From Candidatus Bathyarchaeum sp. (GTDB lineage Archaea > Thermoproteota > Bathyarchaeia > Bathyarchaeales > Bathyarchaeaceae): DNA of 64,000 nucleotides. The notes beneath the pieces are model-generated. The model saw only the letters and a program-made list of their open reading frames with translations, made no database searches and was not told the DNA's origin. Every line of letters begins with the position of its first letter. Positions within the stretch are counted from its first letter, which is position 1. Of the stretch, positions 9,526-19,213 are shown piece after piece. The stretch lies in the NCBI GenBank assembly GCA_026014495.1, contig JAOZIF010000136.1:1-64000 (forward strand), in the 5' to 3' direction. The position numbers and the translations under genes are program-made.

Positions 9526-9945
9526 TTAATTTCCAGAATAGACTGCTATGTTTCCACGTTCTGTTACAACTTTGATTGTGTAACTTTCTGCTGGTAAAGA
9601 TATGTCTTCTGACGTGTATGTTTTTGTTTCTGCAGAATTCACAAAGACGCTTACGTCGTACTGTTGATGGTCTTTTTCGGTTATTACCCACAATGAAACC
9701 AGATGCACTGTTAGCCCCCCGTTGTTTTCGAAGGTAAATTCAGACTCTTTCTTGACGCTCTCAACGTTGGTGATGTTGATGTTTTCTTTCATTTTTTCCC
9801 AATCCACTTGGGTCATCTCATAATTCCACAAAACAATATCCGAAACGATAGCCAAAATAATCACTAGACTGAGGGCAACAACAATCACGTTGCTGACACC
9901 GCGTTTGTCACGTTTAAATCGGCGCCATGTAATAGTCCACAACAA
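9526..9945 (-). CDS. Type IV pilin-like protein (class III signal peptide)
   Basis: RRFKRDKRG|VSNVIVVALSLVIILAIV processing site followed by a hydrophobic helix. Confidence 0.8.
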   Translation of the reverse strand: MLWTITWRRFKRDKRGVSNVIVVALSLVIILAIVSDIVLWNYEMTQVDWEKMKENINITNVESVKKESEFTFENNGGLTVHLVSLWVITEKDHQQYDVSVFVNSAETKTYTSEDISLPAESYTIKVVTERGNIAVYSGN

Positions 9946-10318
9946 TTGTTCCCCTCTCTGTTACAACTTTAATTTCGTATGCCGAGTCTGCTTTCCATTT
10001 GTACTTTACGTTTAACCATCCATGTTCCCCTTGTTCTAACTCAAGAGTTGTAATCGATTGCCTTGTGCGATTCACATATACAGAAGATATTTCGATTGGA
10101 ACCTTGCCTACATTACGAACATACAATGAAACCTGATTTTTTGAGTTAAACCAAACATCTTCGACAATAAGGCGTTCACCCATATTATCGTGTAGCCCAT
10201 CAGTGATAACATATGTAGCGCCAACAGCAATTGACATACCCGCCACTGCGATTACAGTCAGTAAGAGACTGCTTAGCACTGGGGTTATTCCCCTCCTGTT
10301 CCGCAATAGCTTTCTCAC
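9914..10318 (-). CDS. Type IV pilin (class III signal peptide)
   Basis: MRKLLRNRRG|ITPVLSSLLLTVIAVA; C-terminal YVRNVG...IKVVTERG typical of archaeal pilins. Confidence 0.85.
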   Translation of the reverse strand: MRKLLRNRRGITPVLSSLLLTVIAVAGMSIAVGATYVITDGLHDNMGERLIVEDVWFNSKNQVSLYVRNVGKVPIEISSVYVNRTRQSITTLELEQGEHGWLNVKYKWKADSAYEIKVVTERGTIVVDYYMAPI

Positions 10319-10334
10319 TTTGTCCTTTTCTCCG

Positions 10335-11150
10335 TCACACTATAAATTTGAATGCTAAATATCCACAGGTCAACAGAATGACACTGTGTTTTAAACCTCC
10401 GCCAACAGTTCCTTCGCCCATTTTACCTGCAACCAAACCTCCAAAGAATGCTTGGATTGCACTCATGTGAAAGAAAATGCTTCTTGCCTCACTAGTTGAC
10501 ATTAACTCAAATTGGCTGAGTTCAAAATCCGTCACGTCAACAAAGAATGATTTGAATAGCATAATAACCGTGAAAAGAAAAACAAAGAATGCTACGTAGA
10601 TTATTGCAAGATACGGTCTAGTCTGTGTTTTACGTTCATCATCAAACGTTAAAGTTGTCTGCACAAATTTTTCTAGAGGCTCAAAAACTTTTTCAACCTG
10701 CCCTCCTGAACGCTGAGCTTCAAGAATCAACGGAATTGTTTGCCTCATAAGCGCAGTGTCAACACGCTTACCTAAGGACTGAAGGGCATCTTCAAAGGAG
10801 ACTCCCCAGCTCATCTGAGCCACCATTTTTTGCAGTTCCTTGGTCATGGATCCGTAATTTCTTTTGGAAGCTTCTTCCAAGGCTTGTGGCAAGGTCATTC
10901 CACTTTTTTGGGCTTGAACTATGCTTCGAAACAGGTCAGGAAAATGCTTGTCTACTGATCGTTTCCAACGATAGTCCACGTAATCAAGAACTGCAGGAGG
11001 AAAAACAGTGATTACCACCGCCAATAGAAAATACTCATCAAAGAGGGGGCTGTCCCTGAGGAGGAGTATAGCTGTAACGCATATGATGAGTCCTAGGGAA
11101 CCCGAGACAATCCACGCGATTTTCTTTTCCCATGTTTCGATTTTAGGCAT
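10335..11150 (-). CDS. Type II secretion system F-family membrane platform protein (TadC-like)
   Basis: FPDLFRSI...SGMTLPQALE, MSWGVSFEDAL, SGG motifs; TM helices. Confidence 0.9.
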   Translation of the reverse strand: MPKIETWEKKIAWIVSGSLGLIICVTAILLLRDSPLFDEYFLLAVVITVFPPAVLDYVDYRWKRSVDKHFPDLFRSIVQAQKSGMTLPQALEEASKRNYGSMTKELQKMVAQMSWGVSFEDALQSLGKRVDTALMRQTIPLILEAQRSGGQVEKVFEPLEKFVQTTLTFDDERKTQTRPYLAIIYVAFFVFLFTVIMLFKSFFVDVTDFELSQFELMSTSEARSIFFHMSAIQAFFGGLVAGKMGEGTVGGGLKHSVILLTCGYLAFKFIV

Positions 11151-11153
11151 AAA

Positions 11154-12158
11154 TCATCTCTTCGGTGAAATCATGTCTATTATTATTAGAAATATCACTG
11201 AGCCTATCGGTAAGCCAAGATATGTAAGGAGCTGTAACATTAGACGAGAATCTAATGGACCAAAGCCCCCGCCACCTAGCATTGACATAACCGCAAGCAT
11301 TACTACAAAGATTAGAGACCCCGCTACCATCAAAGTGACATAAAATTCTGCTAAAACTGCAAGGCTGTCAGAGAAACGTTTCAGTGCAATCTGTTTTAGC
11401 TTCATGTATTGCTGGGAGCGGTTTCTGAGATATTTTACCATGCTTCCTCCTGAGTGAACGACTGAAATGAATCCTTCAAGTAGTTCTTTGAATCTTTCAG
11501 AAGGTGTTAGATTAGATGTTGTTTCCAGTGCTGAATTGACATCAAAGCCGAAAAGCTCCACATCCCGAACCACGTTTTTTGCAACATTAGAGACTGCCAA
11601 CGAATCGTCAACTTGAGCTAAAGATCGCCATATAAAATCTGGAGGTACACCTGCTCCTGCCAAAATTGACATGTACCCTGCAGTGAATGGAAGGTCATCA
11701 TCTAAGGCTCTTTTTAGGCTATCTGCTTTGTAGCTTGGATAAGCATAAAAACCAATCACAGTTACAGCTCCAGCGAGCAAACTCATTCCAACTCCAAAAA
11801 GAAGCGCCATCAACACAGAAAGATTAAAAACGAAAAACAGCAGTGATGGAACAACAATAATTATTGAGGCTGACACCAGCAAACTTGCTAGAATTGCTGT
11901 GCTTACGTACGCTTTGAAGTTGGTTTTCATTCCTGATTTTTTTAAACTGCCATCAAGATCTTTGAATAGTGGAAACAGCCGCGTTGTTCTTTCTCCCACA
12001 AGTTGATACGCAAAAACCTGAGGCTTAGTTTTGCCCAATCTGAGACTCTCACTCCACCTTGAAAACCAGCTATTACTAGGCGTGGAACTGCTCTGAAAAA
12101 CACTTTTGATGCGATAATAGGCTTTTTTGAGCCACTTTCTTTTGTCGTTTGTGCTCAT
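11154..12158 (-). CDS. Type II secretion system F-family membrane platform protein (TadB-like)
   Basis: DDLPFTAGYMSILAGAG, RDVELFG.D...ALE, SGG motifs; TM helices. Confidence 0.9.
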   Translation of the reverse strand: MSTNDKRKWLKKAYYRIKSVFQSSSTPSNSWFSRWSESLRLGKTKPQVFAYQLVGERTTRLFPLFKDLDGSLKKSGMKTNFKAYVSTAILASLLVSASIIIVVPSLLFFVFNLSVLMALLFGVGMSLLAGAVTVIGFYAYPSYKADSLKRALDDDLPFTAGYMSILAGAGVPPDFIWRSLAQVDDSLAVSNVAKNVVRDVELFGFDVNSALETTSNLTPSERFKELLEGFISVVHSGGSMVKYLRNRSQQYMKLKQIALKRFSDSLAVLAEFYVTLMVAGSLIFVVMLAVMSMLGGGGFGPLDSRLMLQLLTYLGLPIGSVIFLIIIDMISPKR

Positions 12159-13672
12159 TATATTCCCAACCTAGCCTTTCGGAAGACACGAGTGGGATCA
12201 GCATAATACTCTCTGATAACCGAAACTACGTCGGTGTACTTGCGAATCCCCTGTTTTACCATCCAATCTAAAACCGTTTTTCTTTGATTGAGTTCAGTTT
12301 GAACCTCTTTCTCATTAAGCCCCTTGCGTTTCATTCTCTCTTGTATCAGGTGACTATGCCCCGAATAAACAAAGGAATCAGTTCTCGCATCCCACCGGTA
12401 CACCTCATGCGTTAAAAGTTCCCTTGTCTTAGGGTCTATCCCAACAATCTCAGTTATTGAACGCGTTCTTCGAACAGGTTTTCCATCAACTTCAGTTCGC
12501 AACTGAACAGGAATGGCATTAATCATTGTTAAGAGCGGTCTTGGGATGTTCATTGGTTCTGACTCCAAACGGTGAATAACTGAACTCGCAGATTCACCGT
12601 GGATTGTTCCCATTCCTAGGTGTCCTGTTGCCATGGCTTGGAACAGCGTATATGCTTCTTCTCCTCGAACTTCTCCTACAATCAGATAGTCTGGTCTTTG
12701 CCTGACTGCTGCCCTCAAAAGGTCAAAGAGTGTAACACTTCCAGATCCTTTTGGATCATGACCAAATCCTGTTCTTGCAACTGATGGAATCCAGTTTTCA
12801 TGGGGCAAATTTAGTTCTGCAGTATCTTCTACGCTGACCAGCTTTAGTCCAGGTTTGATGAACATCGAAAAACAGTTGAGTATAGTCGTTTTTCCTGCGG
12901 CAACGCCTCCTGCTACAAGGAAGGAGGCTCTGTTTTCGATGGCAAACCAAAAATATGCACCCATCTCTGAGGAGATTGTGCCAAGGGAGATTAAATCAGA
13001 AATTGTTAGTGGGTCAACACGGAAGCGCCTTATCGTGAATGTTGAGCCTCTTCGTGTAATTTCGCTTCCGTAGGTCATCTGTATTCGGCTACCGTCTGGT
13101 AGGGAAGCATCAAGAATAGGCATTGCAAGAGAGATGTTTTTTTTCGTTAAGTAAGCCAATCTTACGATGAACGAGTTTAGTTCTGTGCTATTTTTGAAGA
13201 TAATGTTTGTTGGAAGTGATTCGTAGTCGCGGTGCCAAACGTAGATTGGTATGTTGACTCCGTCTGCTGAGATGTCCTCGATTAGTGGGTCTTTCATGAG
13301 TGGGTCTATTTTTCCGTAGCCTAGAAAGTCGCGTATAATGTAGTATGTTAACTTATCAACGGCTTCCTCGTCGATTTTCAGGCGGTAATCTGTGATGACT
13401 TCATGAATTTTTGCTTTCAGATACTCTTCAGCCTTGGTTCTTGTTCCAATTTCTTTAAGATTAACATCGATTTCCTCAACAAGTATTCCTTTTAGTTCTT
13501 TGAGTTGCTCTTCCTCTTCTTTGAGAAGCGTAGGTTCAATCAATTCATACTTTATTCGTTGAGTATTTGGTTCAGTAACAACTGCGGCGTATACGTAGGG
13601 CTCATCAATTGGATATACCTCTCGGAAAACGGAAGCTTTTCTTTCCGTTATGGATTTTGAGTTAGTTTTCAT
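12158..13672 (-). CDS. Type II/IV secretion / pilus assembly ATPase
   Basis: Walker A GGVAAGKTT, VEDTAEL, RQRPDYLIVGEVRG, TGHLGMGTIH. Confidence 0.95.
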   Translation of the reverse strand: MKTNSKSITERKASVFREVYPIDEPYVYAAVVTEPNTQRIKYELIEPTLLKEEEEQLKELKGILVEEIDVNLKEIGTRTKAEEYLKAKIHEVITDYRLKIDEEAVDKLTYYIIRDFLGYGKIDPLMKDPLIEDISADGVNIPIYVWHRDYESLPTNIIFKNSTELNSFIVRLAYLTKKNISLAMPILDASLPDGSRIQMTYGSEITRRGSTFTIRRFRVDPLTISDLISLGTISSEMGAYFWFAIENRASFLVAGGVAAGKTTILNCFSMFIKPGLKLVSVEDTAELNLPHENWIPSVARTGFGHDPKGSGSVTLFDLLRAAVRQRPDYLIVGEVRGEEAYTLFQAMATGHLGMGTIHGESASSVIHRLESEPMNIPRPLLTMINAIPVQLRTEVDGKPVRRTRSITEIVGIDPKTRELLTHEVYRWDARTDSFVYSGHSHLIQERMKRKGLNEKEVQTELNQRKTVLDWMVKQGIRKYTDVVSVIREYYADPTRVFRKARLGI

Positions 13673-13820
13673 TCGCCCTCACATTTACTCCGATTCTCAA
13701 TTAATCCACTGGCTAATTGGCAGATGGAGCCTGTTCGTTGTTGTAGTACAAAAAATAGGGCATATTAAGACTTAATAAAACCTATGTATTCGGAATCACT
13801 TGCCAAAATCAATCAAAAAA

Positions 13821-15599
13821 CTAAGCTGCCCAAAAAGGAGACTCGGCACGCCTAATTTCAACAAACTCGTTTAGGGCTTCAATTTCTTCAGCCGACAAGC
13901 GATCTTCGAACTTGGTCAAAAGTAGCTTTGCATGAGATTCAGGCACTTTAACATAGAAATTTTCTCCTTCATGGATGTGTCGTCCTACGACTGTTTTGCC
14001 TAATGAAACTGCTACTTGTGAGCCGACACCCGATTCTGAAGCTGCTTTGCCTTTGTCTTGAATTTGTAAGATTTCTCCTACGTTACGTCCGTCCTCTTTG
14101 GTGAGAACTTGTTTTGGTTTTATTTTTCCTGCCAAAACTTCAACGCCGATAACTGCGGGTTTTGCTTTTCGGAACACATATCCGGGAAGAAACTTGACTT
14201 TGGCGGGTTTGACCAGTCTGTTGAATTCTTCTTCAAGTCTTGTTTCGTCCTCTTGTTTGAGCCATGCTAGGTATTCATCTATGAGGCTGTAAATGGTTCT
14301 TTCATTGAATATGCGGATATCGCGGTTTCTTGCTTCTTCTTCGGCGTCAGGCAAAACCTTAACGTTGAATGCTAGAATAACTCCATGAAGTGGCTCTCGT
14401 TCTTTGACAACTGCTGCCTCAGTTACGTCACGTCTGGATACATCACCAACGTCAGCCAGCTTTATTGGAACGTTGTTTCGTTTCAGGCTTTCGGCAATTG
14501 CTTCAAGAGAGCCCAAGGCGTCAGTTTTTAAAACAATGCCGTCTAGGTCAGTTGTGATTTTGATTTGTTCGACCTCTTCTGAGACCAGCTTCATGTATTG
14601 TTCAAGTTGATCTTCAGATGGAACCGCATACAATGGGGCGCCTGCTAATGTGTCCTCAAGGTTTGGTGCTGCAATCTTTACTCCAGCTGCAGCTGAAACA
14701 GAAGTAACTGAAGAAAACTTGTCTCGGGGGTCTCTGATTTCGTCTAGGGGCTTAGGCAAGAAAACTGCACGAATGTTTGTTACAATCGGTTTTTCTTTGG
14801 CGCCAACAACTATGAGGTCGCCTTTTTGTAGTGTTCCATCGTAAATAATCACGTTGGCTGTGATTCCTAATCCTGGCTCTTCTTTAACCTCTAGGACTGT
14901 TCCTTTTGCTGGTCCTTCTGTTGTTTTGAGCCTAGCCTTTAGGTACTGTTGGGTCAAACCTACAAGGACAGTTAAAAGTTCAGGTATGCCTTCTCCTGTT
15001 GTTGCGCTTGTGGGGACGATGGCGATTGTTTTGGTGAAGTCTTTTACGTTGTTGAATTTGTCTGTTCTAAATCCTAGTCTAGAAAATGTTCCCATGATTC
15101 GGTACAGGTTTTCGTCTAGGGCTTGCTGAACGTATGGGTCTTGGTCTTTATATGATGCTGAAAATGTTTCGTCTGGGTGAGGTTTCCATCCTGGTATGCG
15201 GTCAATTTTGTTTGCTGCCACAAGGAATGGCGTCTTTTTTTCTTTGAGGATTTCGATGCACTCGTAGGTTTGTGCCTCAAATCCCCTTACCACGTCGACT
15301 ACAAGAATTGCGATGTCGGCTACTGCGCCGCCTCTTTTTCTTAGGTTAACAAAGGCTTCATGGCCTGGGGTGTCGATGACCAGTAGTCCTGGAAGCTGTA
15401 CGTCTTTTTTCAGTCCCTTAAACAGTGGTCCACAGATTTTGGCTATGGTGTCTACTGGAAAGTAGCTTGCGCCGATGTGTTGGGTGATTCCTCCGACTTC
15501 GCGGTCTTGGACGCTACTTTTTCTAATTTTGTCAAGTAGTTTAGTCTTTCCGGCGTCTATGTGGCCTAGAACTGAAACGATGGGTTGTCTTATCGGCAA
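13821..15599 (-). CDS. infB: Translation initiation factor aIF5B (IF-2)
   Basis: RQPIVSVLGHIDAGKT, GGITQHIGA, DTPGHEAF, NKID motifs. Confidence 0.97.
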   Translation of the reverse strand: MPIRQPIVSVLGHIDAGKTKLLDKIRKSSVQDREVGGITQHIGASYFPVDTIAKICGPLFKGLKKDVQLPGLLVIDTPGHEAFVNLRKRGGAVADIAILVVDVVRGFEAQTYECIEILKEKKTPFLVAANKIDRIPGWKPHPDETFSASYKDQDPYVQQALDENLYRIMGTFSRLGFRTDKFNNVKDFTKTIAIVPTSATTGEGIPELLTVLVGLTQQYLKARLKTTEGPAKGTVLEVKEEPGLGITANVIIYDGTLQKGDLIVVGAKEKPIVTNIRAVFLPKPLDEIRDPRDKFSSVTSVSAAAGVKIAAPNLEDTLAGAPLYAVPSEDQLEQYMKLVSEEVEQIKITTDLDGIVLKTDALGSLEAIAESLKRNNVPIKLADVGDVSRRDVTEAAVVKEREPLHGVILAFNVKVLPDAEEEARNRDIRIFNERTIYSLIDEYLAWLKQEDETRLEEEFNRLVKPAKVKFLPGYVFRKAKPAVIGVEVLAGKIKPKQVLTKEDGRNVGEILQIQDKGKAASESGVGSQVAVSLGKTVVGRHIHEGENFYVKVPESHAKLLLTKFEDRLSAEEIEALNEFVEIRRAESPFWAA

Positions 15600-15697
15600 G
15601 GGGGGTTTCTCCTCTAGTTTAATTTGAGTGATTGGTTGCTTTTAGGTTATGCTCTAAGTGTTTTAATGAAAAGATAATAGGCGCGGTTTGTTTAGGC

Positions 15698-16342
15698 TTA
15701 TTTTATGTTTTGAAGATGTTTTTTGCATTGGCTGATTATTTTTTCGATTTCTTCAATCGGGTAGTTTGCGTCGATGTCTGCTATCAAACCTTTTTTTCGA
15801 AGATAGTCAGCAACGGGTTGTGTTTTTTCGCGGTATACTTCTAGCCTGTTTTTGATGACTTCTGGTTTTTCGTCTGCGCGTTGGACTAGTCTTCCGCTGC
15901 ATTGGTCGCATATGCCTTCAATTGTTGGGGGTACGTTTTTTGTGTGATAGATTGCTCCGCATTTGTTGCAGGTTCTTCGTCCGCCGATGCGTTCCATTAT
16001 AACTTCGTCAGGGGCGATAAAGTTGAGGGCAACGTCGATTTTTTTGAATTTCATCATGGCTTGTGCTTGAGGAACTGTTCTGGGGTATCCGTCAAGAATA
16101 AAGCCGTTTTTGCAGTCGTCTTCTTCTAGTCTGCTTTTTACTAGTTCGATGACTGTTTCGTCTGGAACAAGGTTGCCACTGGATACGTAGCTTTTTATTT
16201 TTTTGCCTAGTTCAGTTTGGTTCTTTATTGCTCTGCGGAAAAGGTCTCCAACAGAGATTGTTGGGATGTCATACTTTTTTGAGAGAACTCCTGCGTATGT
16301 TCCTTTGCCTACGCCCGGAGGACCAAGAACTACAATATTCAT
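15698..16342 (-). CDS. adk: Adenylate kinase, bacterial type with Zn-binding LID
   Basis: GPPGVGKGT, GFILDGYPRT, RRTCNKCGAIYH...CDQC, QRADE. Confidence 0.95.
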   Translation of the reverse strand: MNIVVLGPPGVGKGTYAGVLSKKYDIPTISVGDLFRRAIKNQTELGKKIKSYVSSGNLVPDETVIELVKSRLEEDDCKNGFILDGYPRTVPQAQAMMKFKKIDVALNFIAPDEVIMERIGGRRTCNKCGAIYHTKNVPPTIEGICDQCSGRLVQRADEKPEVIKNRLEVYREKTQPVADYLRKKGLIADIDANYPIEEIEKIISQCKKHLQNIK

Positions 16343-16398
16343 AGTCGTTCACCAAACTTTTATGGTTACCTTGACTTTGAAAGGGGATAACCTTTCAG

Positions 16399-16596
16399 TT
16401 ATGCTCTCCCTTTTTCTTCCTTTCCGAAGTATTTTGTCCACTTAACTTTGCGGGAGTCTCGTTTCAAGTCGATTGCGCTTTTTCTGCATTTGTTGGAACA
16501 GAACCACACTGTTGTTCCGTCATTTTTGATGTACATCATTCCGGTGCCTGGTGGAAACTCGTGTCCACAAAAAGAACATTCTCTTGTTTTTGGCAC
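16399..16596 (-). CDS. rpl24e: 50S ribosomal protein L24e
   Basis: CSFCG...PGTG.MY.K.DG...WFCSNKC...RKVKWT. Confidence 0.97.
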   Translation of the reverse strand: MPKTRECSFCGHEFPPGTGMMYIKNDGTTVWFCSNKCRKSAIDLKRDSRKVKWTKYFGKEEKGRA

Positions 16597-16616
16597 TGGT
16601 CATTCTTCCTCTAATT

Positions 16617-16838
16617 TTATCTTCTGAGTCGTTTTGCTTCTCTTTCGGTGTCTCGTAGGACTAGAATGTCGTTAGCGCGCACTGGACCTTTTACGTTCCT
16701 TGTTATGATGCGGCCTTTGTCCATTCCTTCAAGAACTCGGACTCTCACTTGGGTGATTTCGCCAGTGAGTCCTGTTCTTCCAACAACCTGAATGACTTCT
16801 GCGGGAACTAGTTCATCAGGTGCCTCTTTTTTGCTCAT
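16617..16838 (-). CDS. rps28e: 30S ribosomal protein S28e
   Basis: [21 protein letters not shown]....[21 protein letters not shown]. Confidence 0.97.
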   Translation of the reverse strand: MSKKEAPDELVPAEVIQVVGRTGLTGEITQVRVRVLEGMDKGRIITRNVKGPVRANDILVLRDTEREAKRLRR

Positions 16839-17221
16839 TCACTAGAGCCCTTCTGTTTTAGTTCCTCGAGTCTGGTTGAGATTTCCTTTATCAGTGCTAC
16901 TGCTTCGCCGACGTTGGCGATTGCAGCTGCGGCTGAGGAGACTTCTATTCCTGAGGAGATCCCAAGTTTTTCTCTGCTTGGTACAAATACGTAGGGGATT
17001 TTTCGTTCCTCACATAGGAGTGGGAGATGTGCTACAACTTCCGGAGGGTCTACGTCGTTTGCTATGACGACAAGTTTTGCTTGTCCTCTTTCTACGGATT
17101 TTGTTGTTTCGTTTGTTCCTATTCTAACAGACCCTGTTCGGTTGGCTATTTGCAGGGCTTCATAGGCTGCATCTGCCACCTCGTCGGGAACTTCAAATTT
17201 TGCGTAAAATGGTTTTGACAT
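16835..17221 (-). CDS. rpl7ae: 50S ribosomal protein L7Ae
   Basis: [43 protein letters not shown]. Confidence 0.97.
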   Translation of the reverse strand: MSKPFYAKFEVPDEVADAAYEALQIANRTGSVRIGTNETTKSVERGQAKLVVIANDVDPPEVVAHLPLLCEERKIPYVFVPSREKLGISSGIEVSSAAAAIANVGEAVALIKEISTRLEELKQKGSSE

Positions 17222-17342
17222 ATGCCTCACCCTTATTTTTCAAGTGCTGAGTTAATCGGAGACAGGGTTTATGAATGTTTCGACCTGAGGGCTAGTGTTC
17301 TACATTAACTAGTTTGGTTTTGGTGTTTTTGTTGCGTGAATT

Positions 17343-17394
17343 TTTTCTGAAAAAAGGTTGTTTTCAACAATGTACCTCTATTAGTATCCTAATA
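17343..17394 (+). repeat. Dispersed palindromic repeat, copy 3 (solo)
   Basis: TTTTCTGAAAAAAGGTTGTTTTCAACAATGTACCTCTATTAG (42 bp) is identical to 59037-59078. Confidence 0.9.
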
Positions 17395-17481
17395 GGGCTC
17401 TGGTTCTTTTTGGTCATTATCTGCTGTTTTGTTGGTTTGTGAGCAGTGTAACTTATAAGAAAACTTTGCATTTGGTCAAGT

Positions 17482-18570
17482 GTGGAATGTGCTGTGTCTA
17501 AGAAGCTTACTTACTCTGAGGCGGGCGTGGACAGGAAAACAAGAGCAAAATCTAAAGAAGCGCTCTCGATGTTGAAGAAAACATACACTTTAGGCAAGTT
17601 TGGTAAGGTTGTTCAGCTTCCGTACGGTAACATCTTTCTTGCGGGTGACCGTTACTTGGACCTTGTCATTGAGGGTGTTGGCACCAAGGTTCTTCTTGCC
17701 CAGTTAGCAGACAAATACGACACAATTGGGGTAGATGGGGTTGCCATGGCAGTTAATGATGTGATACGGTCAGGTGCTACGCCGTTGGCTTTGGTTGACA
17801 ATTTTCATGCTCACGTTTCTGACCCAGATTTGGTTAGGGAGTGGCTAAAGGGCATAGTAAAGGGTGCAGAAGAATCCGATTGTCCAGTTCCAGGAGGCGA
17901 AATCGGCGATGTTGCAGCCATAATAAAGGGGTTAACAGTGGGGAAGGGCTTTGATTTGATTGTTGCCAGCGTAGGCGATGTTCTAGAGGAGGACATTATC
18001 ACTGGAACAACAATAAAAGAGGGCGATGTTGTTGTGGGAATGAGAAGCTCAGGCGTTCACAGCAACGGAATATCCTTGGTCAGAAAAGTTCTTTTCAAAA
18101 CGTGGGGCGGCAAATATGAACCGTTTGATGTCCCAGACGGCTTTGACAGAGAAGTTGTCTTTGAGGCGCTAGAACCTACAAAAATTTATGTCAAGTCATT
18201 CCTGAACACCACAAAACAGGTCAACGTGAAAGGTGCAATTCACATTACAGGAGACGCATACGTCAAGTTTGACAGGTTCATGAAACACTCCACGGGAATA
18301 GGGTTTGAATTTACGAATTTTAAGCCGCAACCAATTTTTGAGTTGATTCAGCGGACAGCTCCTGAGATTGGAGGTGAAATAACAGATGAAGAGATGCTTA
18401 AAACCTTCAACATGGGCTGGGGCTTTGCTGTGCTAGTAGACAAAAACGATGCAGATGAGGCAATTTCTGTCCTTGAGAAAAGTGGAGTAGAAGCGGAACG
18501 TATCGGAAAGGTTACGGGCTCAGGAAAAATTGTTGCTCACTATAAAGATAAAAAACTGGAACTACGGTAA
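17482..18570 (+). CDS. purM: Phosphoribosylformylglycinamidine cyclo-ligase (AIR synthetase)
   Basis: TYSEAGVD, GVGTK, IGVDGVAMAVND, GGE, SSGVHSNG, LEPTKIY, HITG, TFNMG.GF. Confidence 0.95.
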   Translation: MECAVSKKLTYSEAGVDRKTRAKSKEALSMLKKTYTLGKFGKVVQLPYGNIFLAGDRYLDLVIEGVGTKVLLAQLADKYDTIGVDGVAMAVNDVIRSGATPLALVDNFHAHVSDPDLVREWLKGIVKGAEESDCPVPGGEIGDVAAIIKGLTVGKGFDLIVASVGDVLEEDIITGTTIKEGDVVVGMRSSGVHSNGISLVRKVLFKTWGGKYEPFDVPDGFDREVVFEALEPTKIYVKSFLNTTKQVNVKGAIHITGDAYVKFDRFMKHSTGIGFEFTNFKPQPIFELIQRTAPEIGGEITDEEMLKTFNMGWGFAVLVDKNDADEAISVLEKSGVEAERIGKVTGSGKIVAHYKDKKLELR

Positions 18571-18650
18571 CATTTTGAATTGGGTTGTGCTGGTTTGAAA
18601 TCCGTTAATGTTGTTTGGTGAGTTATTCAACTTGGATTCAATTTGTGTGT

Positions 18651-18686
18651 AGAGAAAACTTATAAATTGGGATGGATAATCCATCC
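18651..18686 (+). promoter_or_regulatory. BRE/TATA-like element followed by a palindromic putative operator
   Basis: AGAGAAAAC-TTATAAA, then GGATGGA-TAA-TCCATCC (perfect 7-bp arms, 18670-18686). Confidence 0.4.
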
Positions 18687-18964
18687 ATGTAGAAGGGGTA
18701 AAGCAAGGGTGGGACAGACTTTGGAAAGTGATCATGCTCGGTGACGACATGAAGGTTTTTTCATTTTTCCCTACTTTAACTTTCCAAAGTCCAACCAAAA
18801 AAAAACACAGACAATTGATACATACAACCATCTTTTAACAAACCTACAGACCTGTAATACATAGCCTGAAAAACGGGAACATCAAAACTCACACAGAGTT
18901 TAACTTTTCATATCAATTTTGTTTCGACAACATTTAAATTTTGATTTTTTCACTAACAATCACA

Positions 18965-19213
18965 ATGTATCGCGCAAAAATCGAAGTCAGTCTCAAACAG
19001 GGGCACTCCGACCCTGAGGGAGAAATGACGGCTCAATCCTTAAAGGAATTAAAGTTTTCCGCCAAAAAAGTCAACGTAAGCAAGGTCTACATAGTAGTTT
19101 TTGAGGCAGAATCCAAACAGAAAGCCGAGGAGGCGGTGGAGGGGATGTGTCGAAAACTTCTTGCTAACCCAACAAAGGATAACTACAGTTACGTAATAGA
19201 GGAAGAAAAATGA
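18965..19213 (+). CDS. purS: FGAM synthase subunit PurS
   Basis: YRAKIEVSLKQGHSDPEG...MCRKLLANP..DNY; TTTAAA box ~27 nt upstream supports ATG 18965. Confidence 0.95.
   Translation: MYRAKIEVSLKQGHSDPEGEMTAQSLKELKFSAKKVNVSKVYIVVFEAESKQKAEEAVEGMCRKLLANPTKDNYSYVIEEEK

Noticed and set aside
9526-13672. Archaellum operon
   Set aside because: No ArlH (KaiC-like), ArlF or ArlG; two separate TadB/TadC-like genes and short pilins fit a type IV pilus instead.
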